From IMG/VR virus record IMGVR_UViG_3300029908_000008: a stretch of DNA of 64,000 nucleotides; one strand, 5' to 3'. Each line of letters begins with the position of its first letter. The stretch's first letter is position 1. The position numbers were made by a program, and so were the translations under genes. Positions 11,299 through 21,960 of the stretch are shown piece by piece. This DNA is from an uncultured virus (IMG/VR IMGVR_UViG_3300029908_000008). Its lineage: Duplodnaviria > Heunggongvirae > Uroviricota > Caudoviricetes. Below the pieces are notes generated by a model. The model did no database searches. It was not told the origin of the DNA and saw only the letters and a list, made by a program, of their open reading frames with translations.

Positions 11299-11892
11299 TT
11301 ACTCTTCTTCATTTTCATCATCTGAATCTGAATATTGGTCAATACCTAACTGAGTCATGATATTAATCCACAAATCGATTTCCGATTGTGAATAATGTGA
11401 TTGTCGTTTGGCAATTTCTACATTATTTTGTGAAAAATGACAATCACTATATTCTGAAATTGCTTTATTATATAATAACTTATGCTCATCAGTAGAAGAA
11501 GTTGTACCGTCCCTATATGTATAATGAATAATATTTCCACCAAAATCCAAAGATGTGTCATGCCACGTTAAAATATAACCTTGGTCTACTTTGTAAATTC
11601 CATAACAAAGTCCCTCACAATAATCAAAATTATTGTTAAATCCATTTTCAAATTTCTTAATAGCCTCTGAAACTAATGAATATGCGTCGTCAATATCTTC
11701 AAACAATAGAATTTCAATGTCTGGATCTTCACCTAGATATTCAGATTCCGCGTCTGGGGTTAGCACTAGTTTAAAAATTGGCGTGACATCGCTAAATTCA
11801 AAATATTGATTGTCTGTGGGAGATTCATCAACAATCCATTTCTGACCTAGTGATGATAATTTCTGTAGTTGATTTGTTAATTGTGTGTTCAT
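11299..11892 (-). CDS. acidic hypothetical protein
   Basis: 197-aa ORF. Confidence 0.75.
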   Translation of the reverse strand: MNTQLTNQLQKLSSLGQKWIVDESPTDNQYFEFSDVTPIFKLVLTPDAESEYLGEDPDIEILLFEDIDDAYSLVSEAIKKFENGFNNNFDYCEGLCYGIYKVDQGYILTWHDTSLDFGGNIIHYTYRDGTTSSTDEHKLLYNKAISEYSDCHFSQNNVEIAKRQSHYSQSEIDLWINIMTQLGIDQYSDSDDENEEE

Positions 11893-12160
11893 GATTTTGT
11901 TTTGTTTTGTTAGTAATTCGTGCGCCAGATTTTTTATAAATAAAATAAATGCCTGGCGCGTACACTTATTTTATTCGACACTAAGGTATAATCGCTGAAT
12001 TTTTTTTACATTGAATTCAGGCAATGTATTTATTATTTATTGAGTGGAAATACCGATTTTCTCCACAAAAGCATCTTCAGAGCATAATAACTGAATCTAA
12101 GCGAGAAACCACTGCCGTTTTTCTGTTTTAAACTATCAATAAATAATAAAAATTGTCAAA

Positions 12161-12682
12161 TTAAAATCCGGTTCTTACATTTATATCTGTATTAAAATGG
12201 ATTTTAGAATTAATTCGATAATAATCTCTAAGATAGAGCCATCGGCCATTGCCGATGCATATAACATCATCTGGGTCTATATATTCAATAGTTATATTTG
12301 AGTTAAAAATTGGTACTTCAAACCAAACATGATGTCGCGTTGGCCAAAAATCATGATCATGTAAATATACTGGATAATCCACCGCAGTATACATAGGATC
12401 ATAATATGTACAGTCAAATAATTCAAAATTTAAATTTAAATAAATATTAAATTCTTGATGCGTATGCAAATACCGTAAAAGTCTATTAAATTGCTGAGAA
12501 GACCGAGTTGAAACTCGATGATTTCTATATTCTCTAGACCGTAGTATATTTTGATCATGTCTACTTACTGAACCATGATATGGTTCATGTTGTTTAGGAT
12601 GACCATGAAAATGTTGAGATGCGAAAACACTCGTTAATGACATTACAAATATTGATATAATAAAAATTATTTTTTTAATCAT
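12161..12682 (-). CDS. secreted His-rich hypothetical protein
   Basis: N-terminal signal peptide ending SVFA. Confidence 0.7.
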   Translation of the reverse strand: MIKKIIFIISIFVMSLTSVFASQHFHGHPKQHEPYHGSVSRHDQNILRSREYRNHRVSTRSSQQFNRLLRYLHTHQEFNIYLNLNFELFDCTYYDPMYTAVDYPVYLHDHDFWPTRHHVWFEVPIFNSNITIEYIDPDDVICIGNGRWLYLRDYYRINSKIHFNTDINVRTGF

Positions 12683-13290
12683 ATATTTATTATACTGATT
12701 TTTTAAAAAATTATTTCTTAAATTGTTTTCAGATAATTAATAAGCCATTGTCTAGAATTTTCTTCAAGTATTGTAACCGGTAAATTAGTGTTTTTCCATC
12801 TTTCATCTTTCATCAAATATTCTAATTCTCTATAACTTAATCCACCACGCTCAGCAAGTCTATTCAATGTTTGATAATGATTTTTTAATGCTTGTTCTTC
12901 ATGTGGTTCAATTAAATACCATGGAATTGACTTCGGTCCATCTTCATGAGGGCTGAGAATCGGAAACAATTTTATACTCTGAGATGTGACCTGCCTTACA
13001 TATTCAGAACCTGCTTGACCCGCTTCTACTTCAGAAATATACGGGCCGAATTCAACACCTTCGTACACGAAATACCAATCACCATTATCTTTTTTAATTA
13101 AATTCATATTATTCCTCTAGTGGTTCCACAATCACATGTATCATTTTGCCGATTAAAAATAATCCAATTCCAGCACAAATCCAACCACCTACCGGCGCGT
13201 GAGTATTGAATAGGTCGTAACTAAACCGAAATAAAACGATAGCGCAGTAGAGAAGAAAAATTACTGTATAAATTAATTTCTTAATATTTT

Positions 13291-13689
13291 TTATCCTAAA
13301 CTCAATCCATGGTTAATGTACTTATCTTCTTTCATAGTCACAAAAACGAAATTAGCACTTGCAACATGAATTCTTTTTGCATCATTAATTTCTGATGTAG
13401 GTTCTGGTTCTCTATATGCCTCAACTTTCACAGAGATAGTTTTATAGCGCATCTCAACAATCTCCGCATCAATATAAATAATGTCACCCATAAATGATGG
13501 GGCATGAAAGGTTCCTTCAAATTTATATGTTACGGCGTTATCACATTCTGTACCATATAATACCTGCCTCACACAACTCGCGGCGGCTAAATCTAGTTCG
13601 CTAAAGAATGCGCCACCAAATATGAGTGGGATTTTATGGTTAGTGTGCTTACTCAGCACATAAAAATTAGTAGAAAATTTTGTGTTCAT
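13291..13689 (-). CDS. acyl-CoA thioesterase (hotdog fold)
   Basis: N...IFGG...LD and F..P...GD motifs. Confidence 0.85.
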   Translation of the reverse strand: MNTKFSTNFYVLSKHTNHKIPLIFGGAFFSELDLAAASCVRQVLYGTECDNAVTYKFEGTFHAPSFMGDIIYIDAEIVEMRYKTISVKVEAYREPEPTSEINDAKRIHVASANFVFVTMKEDKYINHGLSLG

Positions 13690-13718
13690 GGCTTATTATA
13701 GTTTTTATTTTTGATGAT
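13690..13718 (-). promoter_or_regulatory. conserved phage promoter motif
   Basis: CATCAAAAATAAAAACTATAAT-AAGCC-ATG. Confidence 0.75.
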
Positions 13719-13806
13719 AATAACTAGACTTTAGAAACTATCCTTTAATAATGGTTTTAATGTAAAAGTTAAAGGAAAATTTTGAATCGAAATTATAAAA
13801 TTTATT

Positions 13807-14448
13807 TTAGTGATTAACATAAAAAATATTATATTTATGGTCTTTATTTGATAATAATCTGTGACATTTATTAAACACCACAATTAATATCCGCGCGGCC
13901 AAGTCGCCCTCTATAGCATTATAAATTATTAATCTTTCATCTTGAGTTTCATGATATTCTTTTAATAATAATTCATGCTCAACGATTTTATTATTTGCTT
14001 CTTTTTGTAGATGAGGCGGCATCAAGATAATTGTTGAAGGATCTAAATTTAATACTGGAAGTGCAAAACTAATATTTTTAGTTCGAGGAATAAATTCTTC
14101 ATTAAACAATTTATTAATAATATTGGTAATTTCATATTTATCATTAAATCTGTAAATTTTATGATCGGAATAATCATCAAATTTAGTTAGCAATCTATCT
14201 TCCATTGGATAATTAATGTTTATATTATAAATACCATACTCAACTCTTTTTAATGAGTCTTCTAGATCTTTACTAATATTAATTACTTTTTGGGCAAAGG
14301 GATCATATACGGTAAATTTAGATGTTTTAATTAAAATTCTTTGTATATGTACTTCATTGAGACCACTGATTGTGTAATCAAATGAACGATTATAATTGTC
14401 TTCCATACATAATTTTTCTATGGATTGTTTAAATTCATCTATATTCAT
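13807..14448 (-). CDS. hypothetical protein
   Basis: 213-aa ORF. Confidence 0.75.
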   Translation of the reverse strand: MNIDEFKQSIEKLCMEDNYNRSFDYTISGLNEVHIQRILIKTSKFTVYDPFAQKVINISKDLEDSLKRVEYGIYNININYPMEDRLLTKFDDYSDHKIYRFNDKYEITNIINKLFNEEFIPRTKNISFALPVLNLDPSTIILMPPHLQKEANNKIVEHELLLKEYHETQDERLIIYNAIEGDLAARILIVVFNKCHRLLSNKDHKYNIFYVNH

Positions 14449-14778
14449 ATATTATGAATACTAAACAATTGGGTCAAATCTTTCACAATCATATAATCTG
14501 TTATATTCATCTATATCGATGTTACAACATTTTAAAAATTTATCAATAGCATCATTTTTATTTTTAGCGATAACTAAGGTAGAATAATAAACACTACAAT
14601 CTTCCCTACTTCCATTATCAGCATAGAAAAATAAATAATATTTATCTAAATCAGGATTATTAATTTCAAATTCAGTTTCTGACAATTCAGTTTCTGATTG
14701 TTTTTCTTCAATATAAATGTCGATATTTTGCTTAAGTCTTTCAAATTCTGTGTTCATGTTCATAATTTTATTATTGTT

Positions 14779-15030
14779 TTTATTTTTGATGAGATTTTCT
14801 ACTATTTAAATATTCTGGACAATTATTAGGAATATATAATTTGAATTGTTTTTCAAACATACCTTTTGATATCATATAGTGATCTCTGGTGTTAAACACA
14901 TTTTTATATTTAACACAAAATATTGTGATAAAACAAACTTTAACAATTAAAGTTGTTTTAATTTTACTAACATAAACTTCGCCTGGATTGTGATCATGAT
15001 AAGTATTTTGGTTTCACATTAAATTCATAT
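14779..15030 (-). pseudogene. degenerate CPEYLK-family gene plus orphan KPKYLS tail
   Basis: frame ending NNCPEYLNS lacks an in-frame ATG; remnant tail near 15000-15030. Confidence 0.55.
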
Positions 15031-15283
15031 GATTATTTTGTAAATATTCCGGATAATTATTTAAAGTAATGAAGTTGTGATCTTTTATATGAACATCAGT
15101 ATATATAAAAATATCATTTTTTGGCCAAAGATCATCATCGCTTAGCATCATAAGTGAATAATGTGTATTGCCATAAGCAACTTTTCTAATATCAACAACT
15201 TTACAATATTTTCCAACAACATGCCAACTATCACCAAATCTAACCACCATATTAATCTTTAAATCGTTTATAGTTATAATCAT
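15014..15283 (-). CDS. CPEYLK-tail family small protein
   Basis: YPEYLQ tail. Confidence 0.8.
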   Translation of the reverse strand: MIITINDLKINMVVRFGDSWHVVGKYCKVVDIRKVAYGNTHYSLMMLSDDDLWPKNDIFIYTDVHIKDHNFITLNNYPEYLQNNHMNLM

Positions 15284-15284
15284 T

Positions 15285-15473
15285 TTATTTCGCTAGTAAA
15301 TATTCTGGACAATCAAGTGTTTTGTAATATATGTCATTATAATTAAAATTTATGAAAACATTATGAATTTCAACAGTAACTTTATTAAGATAAAAACTTT
15401 TAATAATACCAACACAACCTCTAAATTTAGATATGCCTCCAACTCTAATTTTATCATTTATTTTATATTTCAT
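15285..15473 (-). CDS. CPEYLK-tail family small protein
   Basis: YKIND...DCPEYLL. Confidence 0.85.
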   Translation of the reverse strand: MKYKINDKIRVGGISKFRGCVGIIKSFYLNKVTVEIHNVFINFNYNDIYYKTLDCPEYLLAK

Positions 15474-15664
15474 AATAATTTTAAATATTCTGGACAATCA
15501 ATTAATATAAACGACTCTATGCGACCGAAGCATTTTATGTCATCTCCAATCTTTATATAATAATATTCAGAAGATCTCTGACCTAAATAAGTACCTATTA
15601 ATCCGGCTAACGATGATGGATATTTTATTCTCACAATATCATTGTTTTTAAGTTTTCTTTTCAT
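15470..15664 (-). CDS. CPEYLK-tail family small protein
   Basis: DCPEYLKLL tail. Confidence 0.85.
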   Translation of the reverse strand: MKRKLKNNDIVRIKYPSSLAGLIGTYLGQRSSEYYYIKIGDDIKCFGRIESFILIDCPEYLKLL

Positions 15665-15926
15665 TTATTTTTAAATACTCTGGTAAATCATTAAATAATC
15701 GTAAGTATTCGGCACATGATACTAAATTACTACCAATTTTATAATATGAATCATAATTCTTTATGATTTTAATTTTAAAATTAAAATTTCCATATCTTTC
15801 ATTATTAAAATGATAATTTCCATTTCTGCGGTCTATTATTTCAATAATTTCAACTAAATAAATTCCATATTCTCTAAAAATTACTTTATCGCCAATATTA
15901 AATTTTGGATAATCAATGTTATTCAT
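15648..15926 (-). CDS. CPEYLK-tail family small protein
   Basis: FNIGD...LPEYLK. Confidence 0.85.
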   Translation of the reverse strand: MNNIDYPKFNIGDKVIFREYGIYLVEIIEIIDRRNGNYHFNNERYGNFNFKIKIIKNYDSYYKIGSNLVSCAEYLRLFNDLPEYLKINEKKT

Positions 15927-15930
15927 TATT

Positions 15931-16173
15931 TTATTGTTTTAAATATTCCGGACAATTTAACTTTGACATGTATCTAATGGCAAAGTCTATTTCAAGATCT
16001 ATCCAATGTAAAATATTAGATTTTTCAACCTTAATTATTATTTTTAAACTAGCATCATAAAGTTTGTCTCTTCTGTCAACTATAGAACTGATTTTTCCAA
16101 TTGCATAATTTTCATTATATCTATATTTTATGATATCTCCGATTGAATATTTGGGCGAGTCAATGTTATTCAT
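15931..16173 (-). CDS. CPEYLK-tail family small protein
   Basis: YSIGD...NCPEYLKQ. Confidence 0.85.
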   Translation of the reverse strand: MNNIDSPKYSIGDIIKYRYNENYAIGKISSIVDRRDKLYDASLKIIIKVEKSNILHWIDLEIDFAIRYMSKLNCPEYLKQ

Positions 16174-16396
16174 TTAATTTTAATTTTTGATTGGCGATTC
16201 TTTATTAGTTTTTTCTTTTTTTCTATTTTTTGTTCTTCTAATATTGATAATGGCACACAAATAATTGATTCCTCCTTCGCATGCAACTTATCATCTTTAA
16301 TAAAAGAAATCCCTTCAATATATCTAATTGCCACGTCTTTTTTGATCGTGAGGCCATTCACCACAAAATCTTCTTTCAATAAGTATAAAGTAATTT

Positions 16397-16678
16397 TTAA
16401 TTTTGGTTTTTTGATAATTTTTGTAGCCATGATTTTAAATTATAGTTTTTATTTTTATTGGTATTTTTCAGATATTTTGGTTTTTTAATTGTTTTATATG
16501 ATTGTAAATCATATTTATAAGTTACTACTTCTTCAATAATCAGAACATTTAATTCATCATTCTTATGTAGTTCTATTCTACATAAATCATCTACAAATGG
16601 AATTTCAGTTGTGCCAATAAACCTGCCAATCTGACCTGTAGAAATAATCTTTACTAATTTACCTTTATATAGTATCAT
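16397..16678 (-). CDS. CPEYLK-tail family small protein
   Basis: KPKYLK, then reads through the promoter motif. Confidence 0.75.
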   Translation of the reverse strand: MILYKGKLVKIISTGQIGRFIGTTEIPFVDDLCRIELHKNDELNVLIIEEVVTYKYDLQSYKTIKKPKYLKNTNKNKNYNLKSWLQKLSKNQN

Positions 16679-16682
16679 TATT

Positions 16683-16910
16683 TTATTGTTTTAAATATTC
16701 TGGACAATTTTGGTGAATCTTTATAACATTATCTCTATGAATCATATGATATCCAGATTGTTCAAAATATGGAACTTTTACATCACAAAAATGTAAAATT
16801 ATTATATCGCAACAGTCATGTTGTACAATTGCAAATTGCCCAATATATTCTGTATAATTTGAAAAAACTATTTTAATTTTTTCACCTTTTTTAAATTTAA
16901 AATCTTTCAT
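16683..16910 (-). CDS. CPEYLK-tail family small protein
   Basis: FKKGE...NCPEYLKQ. Confidence 0.85.
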   Translation of the reverse strand: MKDFKFKKGEKIKIVFSNYTEYIGQFAIVQHDCCDIIILHFCDVKVPYFEQSGYHMIHRDNVIKIHQNCPEYLKQ

Positions 16911-17137
16911 TGTATCAAATATGTTGGTTTTGGATTATAAATACGATACCAGTTTTCGGTCAATGTGACTCCATACTGTAGGTTATTTACAAAAATAGCA
17001 TGCTCATCTAGTAATTTGGCTGAAATACTACCATCTTCTATTCCATAATTAATTACGACAAATAATATGTTCTGAAATTCTGGAGCGCCATTTAATTCAT
17101 TGCTAATAATAATATCGCCAGGTTTAAATTTATTCAT
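16907..17137 (-). CDS. CPEYLK-tail family small protein
   Basis: FKPGD...KPTYLIQ. Confidence 0.85.
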   Translation of the reverse strand: MNKFKPGDIIISNELNGAPEFQNILFVVINYGIEDGSISAKLLDEHAIFVNNLQYGVTLTENWYRIYNPKPTYLIQ

Positions 17138-17324
17138 TGTTTTTCAAATATTTTGGTTTCGGTATTGTAATTAATTTAAGATTATCTTCATTCATCCGAA
17201 GCCAACCATGACCACTTTGATTATTTAATAATATAATATCATAAATATATGTGTGGTTGTTATCTATTGGGTGAATTATTGCGCGAACTATACCTTTATA
17301 TAATGCGCCTCTGGAGCAAACCAT
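17130..17324 (-). CDS. CPEYLK-tail family small protein (5'-truncated paralogue of 17341 gene)
   Basis: shares MNEDNLKLITIPK. Confidence 0.7.
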   Translation of the reverse strand: MVCSRGALYKGIVRAIIHPIDNNHTYIYDIILLNNQSGHGWLRMNEDNLKLITIPKPKYLKNNE

Positions 17325-17340
17325 AACATAATCACCAAGT

Positions 17341-17538
17341 TTATTTTTTTAAATATTTCGGTATTGTAATTAATTTAAGATTATCTTCATTCATCCAAAA
17401 CCAGCCATGATGTTTTGATAAAATAATCTCATAATTTTTTATACGATTATTGTCTATTGTACGAACTATACCTTCTTCAAATATACTTCTTGGCTTATTC
17501 CTAACTCTAACATAATCGCCAGGTTTAAATTTATTCAT
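17341..17538 (-). CDS. CPEYLK-tail family small protein
   Basis: FKPGD...IPKYLKK. Confidence 0.85.
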   Translation of the reverse strand: MNKFKPGDYVRVRNKPRSIFEEGIVRTIDNNRIKNYEIILSKHHGWFWMNEDNLKLITIPKYLKK

Positions 17539-17836
17539 TGTTTTTTAAATATTTCGGACAATCTATATCAATATTATACCCAAGATTTCGGAGATTTTCT
17601 AATGTTATCTTCCTATAATCTTCATAATCCTCAAATAACGGCTCATCTGAACCAATTATCATTTCAATTGCATAAATAATATTATAATTATGGTTATATT
17701 TTAATTCTTTTAATAAAAAAGGTAAAATATTTGGCCCAAGATTTATAATATTCTGGTAATGAAAATCTAGATACGTCATACATGATTGTTTAATCCATAT
17801 ATTATAATGATAATAAAATTTTTCAGATAAAGTCAT
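17531..17836 (-). CDS. helical unrelated domain carrying CPKYLK tail
   Basis: YQNIINLGPNILPFLLKEL; ends DCPKYLK. Confidence 0.8.
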   Translation of the reverse strand: MTLSEKFYYHYNIWIKQSCMTYLDFHYQNIINLGPNILPFLLKELKYNHNYNIIYAIEMIIGSDEPLFEDYEDYRKITLENLRNLGYNIDIDCPKYLKNNE

Positions 17837-17892
17837 AATTTTCACTGTTTGAACTCTGCGCAAAAACAATTATACAATAAATAATATTGTTT

Positions 17893-18102
17893 TCATAATT
17901 GTTTTAAATATTTCGGACAATCTGGAATAATTACTTCAAATTCACTGATTGTTACTGGATAACAATAGATTTCATTATTAATTTCTATATCAAAACAATT
18001 TTTAGAATAAACAGAAACATAATTAATTCTGCCAATTTTACCTATGATATTTTGAAATTTACATATTAAAACTTTAATTTTAGTACCTCTAACTAGTTTC
18101 AT
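17893..18102 (-). CDS. CPEYLK-tail family small protein
   Basis: DCPKYLKQL tail. Confidence 0.85.
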   Translation of the reverse strand: MKLVRGTKIKVLICKFQNIIGKIGRINYVSVYSKNCFDIEINNEIYCYPVTISEFEVIIPDCPKYLKQL

Positions 18103-18307
18103 TTTGTAAATATCTTGGGCATTTTTTTTGAATATATTTTTTCAAACATGAAGGAAATACAGATGCGAGTGTTCTATTTTTATTAAAGTATCTCACATCA
18201 TACATGTAGGAATATATTGGAGAACTGGCTTTATACACTATTACACACAAATCATTTTTGTAATTGCAACAGATCTCGCCTATTTCATATTCTTGTTCAT
18301 GATTCAT
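18089..18307 (-). CDS. CPEYLK-tail family small protein
   Basis: YEIGE...KCPRYLQ. Confidence 0.85.
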   Translation of the reverse strand: MNHEQEYEIGEICCNYKNDLCVIVYKASSPIYSYMYDVRYFNKNRTLASVFPSCLKKYIQKKCPRYLQNETS

Positions 18308-18585
18308 GATTTTAACAAATATTCTGGACAATTATCAATTGGCACATGTAAATATGAAATTCCTTTATAATCTCTATACATTGAGTAAATATCTGATAAA
18401 TTGTATATTTTGTTTATATTATTTATTGAATAATTAGATTTAACACAACGCATAAAATTATCATAACTGCCAATATATATTTCATTACTCAAATGCATTA
18501 AATTAAGCGCTACAGAATTAGTGAATAATCCATTAGAACGTTCAACAATAATTTGTTTTTTACTCCTCATTATATAAATTGTCAT
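18304..18585 (-). CDS. unrelated domain carrying CPEYL tail
   Basis: ends NCPEYLLKS. Confidence 0.8.
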   Translation of the reverse strand: MTIYIMRSKKQIIVERSNGLFTNSVALNLMHLSNEIYIGSYDNFMRCVKSNYSINNINKIYNLSDIYSMYRDYKGISYLHVPIDNCPEYLLKS

Positions 18586-18770
18586 AATAAATACCTTGGT
18601 TTTTCTATCTTGTAGTACTCCCTAAGTTGAGGCACACCCATATATCTTGTGATTTTTGAACATGTGTTAACTACATAAATACAATTCCCTTCAATCTCCA
18701 ACACTTTATAATGACTTGGCCAATACTTTGAATAAACAATATCTCCAACTTTTATATCTTTTATTTTCAT
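18582..18770 (-). CDS. CPEYLK-tail family small protein
   Basis: IKVGD...KPRYLL. Confidence 0.85.
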   Translation of the reverse strand: MKIKDIKVGDIVYSKYWPSHYKVLEIEGNCIYVVNTCSKITRYMGVPQLREYYKIEKPRYLL

Positions 18771-18870
18771 ATTAAATATCCTGAACAATACATGATTTTA
18801 TATAAGAATTATTAATCTAATAAAGCCGTAGTGCAACCATCTAATCTATAGTAACGATAATTTTAATTCG

Positions 18871-19092
18871 TCAAATAAGATTATCTTTTAAATAATTCGG
18901 ACAATTAAGAATTTTATCATAAAATGCTTTAAGTTGGTGTTCTGTAAGATTTCCATCATACTTCCAATTATTATGAGTATAATAAGCAACTGATATCGTT
19001 CTATTATTACAAAATGCTAGAACTTTATGATAATTATTAGTACCTTTTAATTTTATAATATCTCCAACAATCAGTTCCTCAATACTCATCAT
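18871..19092 (-). CDS. CPEYLK-tail family small protein
   Basis: LIVGD...NCPNYLK. Confidence 0.85.
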   Translation of the reverse strand: MMSIEELIVGDIIKLKGTNNYHKVLAFCNNRTISVAYYTHNNWKYDGNLTEHQLKAFYDKILNCPNYLKDNLI

Positions 19093-20123
19093 TTTATTCC
19101 GAATGCATCATTTGATAATCGTTCGTTAAATAATGTTCTTACACGGCTAGAAATAGCCTTGTTTACATCTTTTTCAGAAAGATTATTATCCCTAAGAACA
19201 TCACTTTCTTCCTTATGGATATCATTAACCATCCATCGAATTAAATCGCCCATTTTTTCTATTGATAATGAAACATCTGGGAAAATAATAGAAATTGCCT
19301 GATCCATTCTATTTTCTGTTACAGAATACTCCACAAACTCATTGATCGAATTTAATTTTTCGGTATCTACTGATGCCAAGGTTTTAACCTTGCTGATCGA
19401 ATGTTTTTCTCCTTTAACTTTAAAAATCAAGCGTTTATTATTATGGTAACCATACCAACAGACACCTTCGCCAATGCCGCTATGTCCAAATTGCTTCGCC
19501 ACGGGGCATTCTTGCTCTACTTTTTCAGTAATATCTACCAATGTATTTTGTGATAATAGTGGATTATTAAAATCAATATCAATTTCATAAACTCCATAAT
19601 CTTCTATATTGTAAATTAGATTGTCTGGGTCACGATACTGAGAAAAATCAATCCATTCTTTTTCTTGAATTTCATCGCTAGTATCAGTAAGGGATACACC
19701 AAAAATAAAGAAAGACTTTGGAATATTATTAATCGCTACATTATTATTAATACCTTGGCCCGCATATTCACCGTATATAGATATAACTCTATCACCAACA
19801 TTATAATTAGATTTAATGTCATTAAAAATATTAGTAAATGATTCTAATCTCTCTAATGCAAATTTTGCAAAACCCATATTGTCTGACTCAGGTGTAATAA
19901 TTCTCTCGCGGCTTTGCACCCAAACATCATCACCATGATTACATACAGAACTGCAAGTCCCATGTAACTTCACTGTGCCTTTAAATTTAATCGTAGGTTT
20001 TACAAAATTTCTTTCATAAATAGGTTCTCCATTATCATCTGTGCCCATTAATCTGGCTCGATTCATATTAGAGATAATATTGCGAAATTGTTCGATGTCA
20101 TTGAATCTTGTGAAAGTAATCAT
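19089..20123 (-). CDS. RNA ligase, Rnl2-type
   Basis: KLHGT motif I, YGEY, EGVCW, FKVK. Confidence 0.85.
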   Translation of the reverse strand: MITFTRFNDIEQFRNIISNMNRARLMGTDDNGEPIYERNFVKPTIKFKGTVKLHGTCSSVCNHGDDVWVQSRERIITPESDNMGFAKFALERLESFTNIFNDIKSNYNVGDRVISIYGEYAGQGINNNVAINNIPKSFFIFGVSLTDTSDEIQEKEWIDFSQYRDPDNLIYNIEDYGVYEIDIDFNNPLLSQNTLVDITEKVEQECPVAKQFGHSGIGEGVCWYGYHNNKRLIFKVKGEKHSISKVKTLASVDTEKLNSINEFVEYSVTENRMDQAISIIFPDVSLSIEKMGDLIRWMVNDIHKEESDVLRDNNLSEKDVNKAISSRVRTLFNERLSNDAFGIK

Positions 20124-20322
20124 AATTTATTATAGTTTTTATTTTTGTTGGGTTTTTTTAAATATTCTGGACAATTAATGCATTTAATATCGCTTTCAAA
20201 AAGATAAAATCCTAAACTTGAATCTATGGATACTGCATAGTAGGCTTGATGCGACATATGTTCAGTGATAATAACCGATTTATTATTAATAATCTGACTT
20301 TATCTCCGATTTTATATTTCAT
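20120..20322 (-). pseudogene. frameshifted CPEYLK-family gene
   Basis: MKYKIGDKV then frame change; second frame ends INCPEYLKKP. Confidence 0.75.
20124..20152 (-). promoter_or_regulatory. conserved phage promoter motif
   Basis: CAACAAAAATAAAAACTATAAT-AAATT-ATG. Confidence 0.75.
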
Positions 20323-20531
20323 AATATTGTTTTTAAATAATTCGGGCATTTTAATTTAATTATTTTATTAAGAGAACTTTGAAACATCCATAATTTTTCA
20401 TAATTATTTATCTCTACATAACATGTTTCAACAGATTCGACTAAAATTATATAACCAATACTTCCAATTAAACTTGGCCTTCTGCAACGTTCATTAACAA
20501 TTACTTTATCTCCGATTTTTAATTTCGTCAT
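20319..20531 (-). CDS. CPEYLK-tail family small protein
   Basis: LKIGD...KCPNYLK. Confidence 0.85.
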   Translation of the reverse strand: MTKLKIGDKVIVNERCRRPSLIGSIGYIILVESVETCYVEINNYEKLWMFQSSLNKIIKLKCPNYLKTIL

Positions 20532-20716
20532 TTTAAATACTCTGGACAATTTATAAATTCTATTTCATTAACCATACGAATGGGAAAAATTCTTAACATA
20601 CCATCCATTAAAACAATAAAACTATTTGTGCGAATTTTTTCCACATAACCAACATGACCTACAAAACTCAAATCACCCAATTTATTAACAACAACTTTGC
20701 TACCAATTTTAATCAA
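20528..20716 (-). CDS. CPEYLK-tail family small protein
   Basis: IKIGS...NCPEYLK. Confidence 0.85.
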   Translation of the reverse strand: MIKIGSKVVVNKLGDLSFVGHVGYVEKIRTNSFIVLMDGMLRIFPIRMVNEIEFINCPEYLK

Positions 20717-21389
20717 AAACTATGTCTCCTTTTAAATAATTTTTTAACAATTTTTGTTTTCCTGAGATTTCACATTTAACAATAGCATCTTGATATCTCA
20801 CTGTTCGGATTTTTTCACAGGCACGATTTCCTGATCCAATTTGAGATTTTCTATTATCATTTCTTTGATTATGTGTTTTATTTTTCTCCAATTCAGAAAT
20901 TTTTGCTGATAGCAAATCTACTGCAATTAGTTTATTTTTATATTGACTACGTTCAGTCTCTATTCTGACCTGAATACCTGTTGGAATATGCGTGGCTATA
21001 ACGGCAGAAAAAGTCTTATTAACATTCTGGCCTCCTGCACCGGAGGAATGAGTCATTCTAAATTCTATATCTTTTTCATCTATTGAAAACAAATTATTAT
21101 TAGGTATATCTAATACAGCAACTGTTATAGAAGATGTTTGAATTCTACCTTTCTTTTCCGTTGGAGGAATCCTCTGAAATCTATGTGCGCCGGATTCTTT
21201 TTTAAACTTTTCTAAAGCATTTTTGCCTTCGACAATAAAAACAATTGAACCGGATTTATTTTCTAATAACTCTATTCAATAATTCAATTTAGACGCGAAT
21301 TTATAATAAATTCCATATTGAATATCTAAAAGCAAGCGACTATCGTCACCGCCTTCACCTTTGTAAATTTCTACAATTATTTTATCCAT
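20709..21389 (-). CDS. RF1-like peptide chain release factor lacking domain 1, with in-frame TGA at codon 38
   Basis: GEGGDDS...ESGAHRFQRIPPTEKKGRIQTSS...GAGGQNVNK all in one frame; TGA at 21276-21278. Confidence 0.9.
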
Positions 21390-21762
21390 AATATTTTTTT
21401 CCTTCTATAAGAAATAGTCACCTATTTATTCAGGTTTTACTAAATCTATTAATTCAAAACCCAATAAAGTGTGTTGACCATCTTTATTTTTAGTTTCTGA
21501 CCACTTTAATGTAACATGTGATCCACTTTCAGTGAGAAAGCCATTAATAATGTCTAATATCCCAACAAATTTACCCTCGCCATTTTTACATGGCCTAGAG
21601 TGTACTGGGATTGTAGGGTGATCTGTCAATAACTCATTTGTCGTAAATTGTCCGCAAAGCATAGACTGTAAGCACATAGGATCTGCGTCATGTGCCTCAT
21701 TCAAAATTTTCAAGATATATTCTTTATCTATATTCATGTATTATTATATCAATTATTTATTG

Positions 21763-21957
21763 TTATTGTTTCAAATATTCTGGGCAATCTATAATTTGAT
21801 CCAGTAAACAATCAGGATATATTGACATATATTCATAGCCAGATATTAATCCTGATACATAATAACGACCATCATTTAACAATAGTGTAATAACCACACG
21901 TTCTTTATTATTATATTTTATATTAATCAATACATCGCCAACTTTATATTTATGCAT
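21763..21957 (-). CDS. CPEYLK-tail family small protein
   Basis: YKVGD...DCPEYLKQ. Confidence 0.85.
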   Translation of the reverse strand: MHKYKVGDVLINIKYNNKERVVITLLLNDGRYYVSGLISGYEYMSIYPDCLLDQIIDCPEYLKQ

Positions 21958-21960
21958 AAT

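Noticed and set aside
11919..11962. GCGCCAG...CTGGCGC inverted repeat upstream of the 11299 gene
   Set aside because: Short stem with a long AT loop; no recognisable RNA family or function can be supported.
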